From assembly GCF_009914755.1 (NCBI RefSeq), contig NC_060947.1: 64,000 nucleotides of DNA; one strand, written 5' to 3'. Source of the stretch: the human T2T-CHM13v2.0 reference genome, Homo sapiens. Positions 55,869 to 64,000 of the stretch are shown one piece after another. Position 1 is the first letter of the stretch, and each line of letters begins with the position of its first letter. Under the pieces are notes generated by a model. It searched no databases. It saw only the letters and a program-made list of their open reading frames with translations, and was not told the DNA's origin. A program made the translations under genes and the position numbers.

Positions 55869-56339
55869 TGTGACAGAACACACTCACACCCAATACATTA
55901 CATGAAGCAGATTTATTACTTACAGACAGGAAGCAAGGGACAAAAGAGGCCCTGGCTCCATTGTGAGCCAGTCCCCCAGGGCTCAAGAAAGCTGCCCAGG
56001 GCGGGGCTGATGGAGTCTTGATTGTACGTGCCCCACTTGCACCACAGCCTGCCTTGGGTTATATACCATAGGAGCCACATAACTCATTGGGCAAAGCTTT
56101 AAAGTACATCCTCCTTCCAGGGGAAAGAGGAACACAACCTCGCTGTCTCAAACAGTTCCCTAAATCAAGATGTTACATTCCCTAGGAGGGACAACAACAA
56201 GGCCAACCTGTTTCAGGCAGTTCCTCCATATCAGGATATTGCATTCCCAGTGCATTCTACAGTTATTCTTAAGAACTACAAGCAAGGAAGAAGGGAGAAC
56301 TGGGTCAGTCCAAGGCCACCTGGAGAACTGTCTTGTACA
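55869..56339 (-). mobile_element. Solo LTR, ERVL class (LTR47-like)
   Basis: TG...CA ends; minus strand starts TGTACAAGACAGTTCTCCAGGTGGCCTTGGACTGACCCAG; minus-strand AATAAA near the far end; no clear TSD. Confidence 0.6.
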
Positions 56340-56538
56340 TGGGTTAGGGTAAAGTTGGCTATTCTAAAACTAAGCATCCACCCAAAAGAAGTCTTGGAAG
56401 ATGTCTTTCCCTGTTAAATTCAGATGATGGTAATTATAGTTTGGAAGTGGAATTGGCTTTTAGAGTTACTTCCTGTAATGAAATTAACAAGCAATTCAGG
56501 CCTATTTCTGAAAATGAATTCAGTGGTTAATTGTTAAA

Positions 56539-56544
56539 AATAAA
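56539..56544 (+). terminator. CA5B: Candidate CA5B polyadenylation signal
   Basis: AATAAA in non-repeat AT-rich sequence downstream of the stop codon. Confidence 0.55.
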
Positions 56545-56601
56545 TGTCTAACTCCTATAAAAGGAAATTTACATTCATTTCTAACTCACTAAAAAATCTA
56601 T

Positions 56602-56839
56602 GGCCGGGTGCGGTGGCTCATGCCTGTAATCCCAGCATTTTGGGAGGCCGAGGCGGGCAGATTACCGGAGGTCAAGAGTTCGAGAACAGCCTGGCCAATA
56701 TGGTGAAACCCCGTCTCTACTAAAAAATACAAAAATTAGCCAGGTGGTTGTGGCATGCACCTGTAATCCCAGCTACGCAGGAGGCTGAGGCAGAAGAATC
56801 GCTTGAGCCCAGGAGGCGGAGGTTGCAGTGAGCCGAGAT
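56602..56839 (+). mobile_element. 3'-truncated Alu without tail
   Basis: Alu similarity stops abruptly at GAGCCGAGAT. Confidence 0.9.
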
Positions 56840-57319
56840 TTCTTAGAAGGAATTGTTACTTATTGTTCTGAAGTGAAAGTCTGGTCTGATTCAGAAGAAA
56901 TGTTACAACAACTTAAACACTGATGCTTTCAGAACGGGCAGCAATTCTCAGCGTAAATTCTGATCACAGGGACCAGCAAAATTGGTGAGTTGCATAGCTA
57001 CAACATTCTGTGCCATCCAGGGCACTCTAGTTTGGGGATACAACTGCCAAACCTCCAACTAGAGAGTTTAGTTTAAGATTTAGTCAAGAAGCAGAAAGGT
57101 AAAGGTGACAATGTGTAGTAAACCATGATAGATGTTATAAAAGGTGGAATACTTGTACTGGAAATGCATACAGCGCCTCATCCCCTCTTGAGGGGTCAGG
57201 AAGTTTTCACACTAATGATGATGGTGATGAGATGATGTAACAGCTAAAGTTTTGGAGGCATTCACTATTGCTAGGCACTGTATCAGCATATAACATGGCT
57301 TATCTTACTCAGTTTTCAC

Positions 57320-57325
57320 AATAAA
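57320..57325 (+). terminator. CA5B: Candidate distal CA5B polyadenylation signal, within a MIR-like element (about 57220-57420)
   Basis: AATAAA followed by T-rich sequence; MIR-like TTTTACAAATGAGAAAAC nearby. Confidence 0.45.
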
Positions 57326-58015
57326 AGGGTTATGAGATGGGAACTATTATTACTATCTTGATTTTTACAAATGAGAAAACAGGAGTAGACATTAAGGAAT
57401 TTACTCAAGATCACAGCCAACCAATGCACTGAGCTGGACAAGGTCAACTTGGGGGTGAAGGGCATATGTGTTGCTCCAAGTGTGTCAGTATAAGAGAGAT
57501 TAGGGTGAGGTTTTATGCAGAGTTTGGGCTTCAGCTGAGTAATTCTAAGGAGGGATTAGGGGAAGGAAGGCAGTTTAGTAATTGAGTATCTCAGAAACTT
57601 TAATTTGGAGGAGAACGGAACAAAGGTAGGCCAAGGAAGCTATTCAATCACTCAAAAGATAGAGGTTATTAGTCATTTTACAGCTGTAATGCATCCTTGT
57701 GAGGAACATTTTTTGCTTGGCCTTGTCCCTGGCCTTGTATGTGTACATTACAGTCTGATTATTAGTTGGGATGATTTTTAGTTTCTCAATCCCTACTCTC
57801 ATTGCCCCAGTTTAATTCCTCAACACCTCTCACCTAGATTATTGTGATACTCTAGTTTTATCTTTTAAATCCTTTATATTGCAAAGCAGAGTGATTTACC
57901 TAAAACACAAACACAACCACAATAAGCCTCTATTTAAAAAGCTTTCAACGGTTCACTGTTGTCTCTACAGAATGTAAACAGAGCGTCTTAACATGGCACA
58001 CCAGGCCCTCCTTAA

Positions 58016-58622
<607 letters not shown>

Positions 58623-58979
58623 TCAGCGCCTTTGCTTATGCTGATCTGACTGTAACTGCATTCCCACCCTTCTCCGTCTGGGTAAAGGGCATCTTCTTTC
58701 CAAACTCAACTCTTAGCATCAGAAAGCTGTCCCTGATACTGCAGTTGAGTCGCATGTGATACTGAAAAAAAAAGAAAAAAGGAAAAAAAAGAGAGCTCTC
58801 CCTGAATCCCTTGGTGGACTATGTTAGGTAAACTTCATCTTTGCCTGCATCATATTATGTATTGGTTCTTCTCTGCCCCCTCGATTGTAAACTCCTCAGG
58901 GGCAGAGGTAACAGCTTTGCAGCCCTGGGAGTTAGGTTTGCTTAAGGGACCAGAACAGGTGTGACTGGCAGGGAGCGAA

Positions 58980-59650
58980 GTCTGGAGCTTTGTCTGAGGC
59001 GCTGATAGGTGGATCGGCGGAAGGACGCGGAACCTGGACAGGTCGGAAATAAAGCCGGGCGAGCAGCTCTGTGCGCGATGTGACTTCATGAGTGGATGCT
59101 GAGAAAAGCGGCAGAGTACGACTTTAACCGCCTAGCCACAACACGTCCTGCTAGGGCGAGGAGGGAGACAGTGATACAGCACTGGGCAAGTGCTGAAGCG
59201 ACAATTACTTCTAGGGCGGGGTAAAAGCCCCAGAGTATTTTTGCTGGAAGGAGGTATTTATTTGAGCAGGGTTCTGGAAGACGAGCCGCCGAAGGGTACC
59301 TCCGGCTTTCCGTTTCAAGTCCCACGCTGGTGGAGGTTGCTCGGTACCCGCGCCTGCGCGTGCCCGTCTCGACTCTTAGGCCCGCCCTTTCCTGCCAGAC
59401 CTGGAGGGGCGGGGCGGTGCCGGCAAGATGGCTGCGCCCGAGAAGATGACGTTTCCCGAGAAACCAAGGTAAGCGCCGTACGGGGAGATGAGCAGGCGAG
59501 CGGGCCGATCGTGGGCATGGAGGATGTGGTGGCAGGAAGAAAAGAGAAGCTGGGCCAAGCTAAGTGAGCCACCGCGGCAGCTCCATTCCTTCCTGGTGCG
59601 CGCCCTGGTGCCCTCCCCGGACTTGCACGGGCGGCTGTGGCTCAGGCAAG
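58980..59650 (+). promoter_or_regulatory. ZRSR2: ZRSR2 CpG-island promoter
   Basis: CpG-rich; NRF1-like GCGCCTGCGC 59350-59359; GC boxes 59406-59417; YY1/TISU-like CAAGATGGCTGC over the ATG. Confidence 0.85.
59428..59468 (+). CDS. ZRSR2: ZRSR2 exon 1, coding part (MAAPEKMTFPEKP)
   Basis: Strong Kozak AAGATGG; donor AG|GTAAGC; recognised N-terminus of the U2AF35-related splicing factor. Confidence 0.95.
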
Positions 59651-59865
59651 CGAGGAGAGGATCAGGTTGGCGGATGGAGAAGAACTGTCTGGGAGTGGGA
59701 GGATGAGGCGATGATAGATGGCTGTTCTGTAATTAAAATACAGGAAGCAAGGTTTCTCTCCTCAGCACCCGAACTATTTCCTTTCATTGGGCACAGAGGA
59801 GCGGGGAGCTCGGGCAGCGCTGCATTGTAGCCGCTGATCGTCGTGTATATGTCTTAATCTTCCAG

Positions 59866-59945
59866 CCACAAAAAGTACAGGGCCGCCCTGAAGAAGGAGA
59901 AACGAAAGAAACGTCGGCAGGAACTTGCTCGACTGAGAGACTCAG
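59866..59945 (+). CDS. ZRSR2: ZRSR2 exon 2 (SHKKYRAALKKEKRKKRRQELARLRDS); gene continues beyond the window
   Basis: TCTTCCAG|C acceptor and G|GTGATG donor; 80 nt; in frame with exon 1; basic NLS-like run. Confidence 0.95.
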
Positions 59946-60305
59946 GTGATGGACTCTTTATTCTGTTTTCTGTGTTGTGAAATTGCTCTGTCCACTCCAG
60001 CCCTAACTTGAAGCCCCAGTGTCAGAAGGAAGTCAAATATTGTGTCGGAGGAAAAATAGCTGTGACTTCTGCCCCCAAGTAGTTATTTAGAAACACATGT
60101 CAGAAACAATGTTAACATACTAAAGGCAGGAAGAGGAAGTCTTGGTGAATGATCGCCCACTGATTCTGTGTAACTTATAAAGTATCTAATATTACAGTTG
60201 CAAGCTTCATGAATTACAGCAGCTAGCACAGTCCTTGCACACGTAGTAAGTATTCGGTGAATGTTTTTCTTCGTAAAACCAGCAGGAGTTGAAGGTATTA
60301 ATTAG

Positions 60306-61375
<1,070 letters not shown>

Positions 61376-62457
61376 TACATTTATAAATTATAAAACTAAA
61401 TGAAATTACATATTCGGTAAAATTTAAATCTACATCAGGTAATGCTAGGGATGATGTGAAACTAATGCTCCTCACAATATGTATATGGCACTGATGGGAG
61501 TTTGGAATGCCTCTACTAATGTTGCCTTATAGTTATTTACCACTTTTTCTATGAAATTACTGTAGAACCTTTATTTGTACAGATGGTCATTTGACCTTCA
61601 CATGGCAAAACCTAACATTTATGTATTAAATCTACCTGCTTAATGCAATAAAATTAGGACTTAGTTATAAAATTATGTAGTAGTTATAAATCCAGATGGG
61701 AGCACTGAAATCACACAGTAGTACTGGCTTATAATGATTGTCATCCGCATTATCCAGAATATGCTCATGAAATTATCCTAGACAATTCTTAAAATCCAGA
61801 GACCATGGCCTCAAGTAACTAGGATTCTTGGACCTTGAGAAACATAGCCATAGAGGTTTTATTTACCATTGGTGTTCCTGAGTAATTATTTTAGTGTCAG
61901 TACTGGGATATTTAGAATGGAAGGAGCAGTGTGTTTAACTGCAACCTGTGTTAGCATTTCTGTCTTATTAGTTGAAAACTCATCCACTAGAGGCAGAACA
62001 AAGCATCAGGGATAAAAGGAAAAGTAGAATAGGTTGGAGTTATTGAGGCCCTTATTGTACTTCGTCTCTCCCCCCTTGAAATTTTCAGCTACTTTACTTT
62101 GTTCATTTAATCTGTTTTATTCTAAATATTATATATTCTAAATTTGTTTTAACTTCTTTCTCTTTTTCTTTTCCTGCACTAAATCCTATAACAGCTGGTA
62201 TTTGTATTGTTTTGATTTTTTTTTTCCTTTTTACTTAGCAAAATGTGTTCAGAATGAGCCTCTGTGGAGAGTCAGGCGAGTCATGTCCCATGGTAGTTTA
62301 GCCCATTTTAATGGACTAAATCCAGGTCACTGGTCTGTCAAGATTATGTAACTAATGGCATATCCAAGACTAAGCACCTGTCTCTGCACTTCTGCTCCTA
62401 CTTTTGCCCACTCCAACTCACAATTCTTTGCCTAGTGGTACTTCATGAATACTGTAG

Positions 62458-62909
<452 letters not shown>

Positions 62910-63036
62910 TTACAGATAGCTTCTTTGGCATCCATTCTACTTCAGATAACTGGAAACAAGCTACCTCGTCAGAAATTAAGATATTAAAAGCAAGTTGCAA
63001 AACTATAGCATGATTCTGTGTGTACAGTTACATGTA

Positions 63037-63196
63037 CAGGTTGAGTATCCCTTATCTGAAATGCTTGCGTTGTATTTACCAGTTCAGCATCCCAAATCCA
63101 AAGATCCAAAATTCGAAATGCTCCAATGAGCATTTCCTTTGAGCATTGTTGTCACTCAAAATATTTCTCATTTTTGGATTTGGGGTGCTCAACCTG
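63037..63196. mobile_element. Tigger4-like MITE (TcMar)
   Basis: Terminal inverted repeats CAGGTTGAG ... CTCAACCTG flanked by TA on both sides. Confidence 0.85.
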
Positions 63197-63215
63197 TATA
63201 ATACCATTGGATATA

Positions 63216-64000
63216 CATTTGATCCTTGAACAATGTGGGAGTTAGGGGACTCTGACCGCCCCCCGCCCCTCCCCACAGTGGAAAATTTGCATATAACTTT
63301 TCACTCCCCCAAAACTTACTATTAAGTGCCTGCTGTTGACTCTAAGCCTTACCAATAACATAAACAGTTGATTAACACATACTTTGTATGTTATATGTAT
63401 TATATACCATATTCTTATAATAAAGTAAGCTAGAGAAAAGAATGTTACTAAGAAAATCCCGAGGAGGAGAAAATATATTTGCCCTTCATTAAATGGAAGT
63501 GGTTCATCATAAAGGTCTTCATTCTCCTTGTCTTAATGTTGAGTAGGCCGAGGAGGAAGAGGATGATTTGGTCTTGCTCTCTTGGGTGGCAGAGGTGGAA
63601 GAGGTGGAGGAGGTAGAAGGGAAGGCAAGAGGGTAGACGGCACTTGGTGTAACTTTGCAGAAATACATTATAATTTCTGTCTGACATTTTTGCTTTTTCA
63701 TTTCTCTAAAAATGTTTCTATACAGTACCAATTCTTCCACCACTTGCTTTAGTTTAAATGCATTAGTTTTCAGTATAGAAGGGTCCATAAAAGAAGTCAA
63801 AAGCAGTCTTGAATAATTGGCCCTTCTGCCAGATTGTCTAGTGTCAATTTGTTTTCTGGCACTGCTTCACCTCAGTTTTCTTCCTCATCACCTTGCACTG
63901 GTTTGGAAGGACTCATCCCCATCAAATTGGCTTTTGTTAACTACTCTGGTGTGTCTGTTAGCTCTTGAATTTCTTCAAGATATCTTGAGACCCTTCACCC
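63216..64000 (-). mobile_element. Tigger2 DNA transposon with decayed transposase C-terminus (runs off the window)
   Basis: TIR-like TA|CATTTGATCCTTGAACAA; minus-strand peptide YRNIFREMKKQKCQTEIIMYFCKVTPS resembles Tigger2 transposase, with frameshifts. Confidence 0.8.

Noticed and set aside
59190-59830. Several 60-125 aa ORFs around the ZRSR2 promoter
   Set aside because: CpG-island artefacts; the real frame is the spliced 41+80 nt ZRSR2 start
59469-59865. Possible U12-type intron in ZRSR2, given its minor-spliceosome role
   Set aside because: Donors are GTAAGC and GTGATG, not (G/A)TATCCT; these are U2-type introns
63519-63800. 93-aa ORF as a domesticated transposase
   Set aside because: Frameshifted Tigger2 remnant without an intact catalytic region in the window

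Overview
Primate (human-like) genomic DNA that I recognise from its protein sequences as the Xp22.2 CA5B-ZRSR2 locus. The + strand carries the whole CA5B gene (mitochondrial carbonic anhydrase VB): a CpG-island promoter, non-coding exon 1 ending at 7296, and seven coding exons (18961-51596) that splice by GT-AG junctions into a 954-nt ORF of 317 aa, followed by a long repeat-rich 3' UTR. About 2 kb further on are the promoter and first two coding exons of ZRSR2. The rest is intronic or intergenic DNA with about 55 Alu copies or fragments, several solo LTRs, MER20/MER58/Tigger DNA transposons and only old L1/L2 fragments. Nearly all ORFs in the supplied track are repeat-derived noise. I found no convincing new gene system. 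The best unexplained structures are: an L1 3'-transduction with a 14-bp target-site duplication (29848-30277); an old tandem duplication upstream of CA5B with independent insertions in each copy; a 20-bp-phased array of GGGGCGTGG motifs and a candidate uORF at the CA5B 5' end; inverted Alu hairpins in intron 1 and the 3' UTR; and several nested transposon insertions. Repeat subfamily names come from recall of consensus sequences and need RepeatMasker confirmation.
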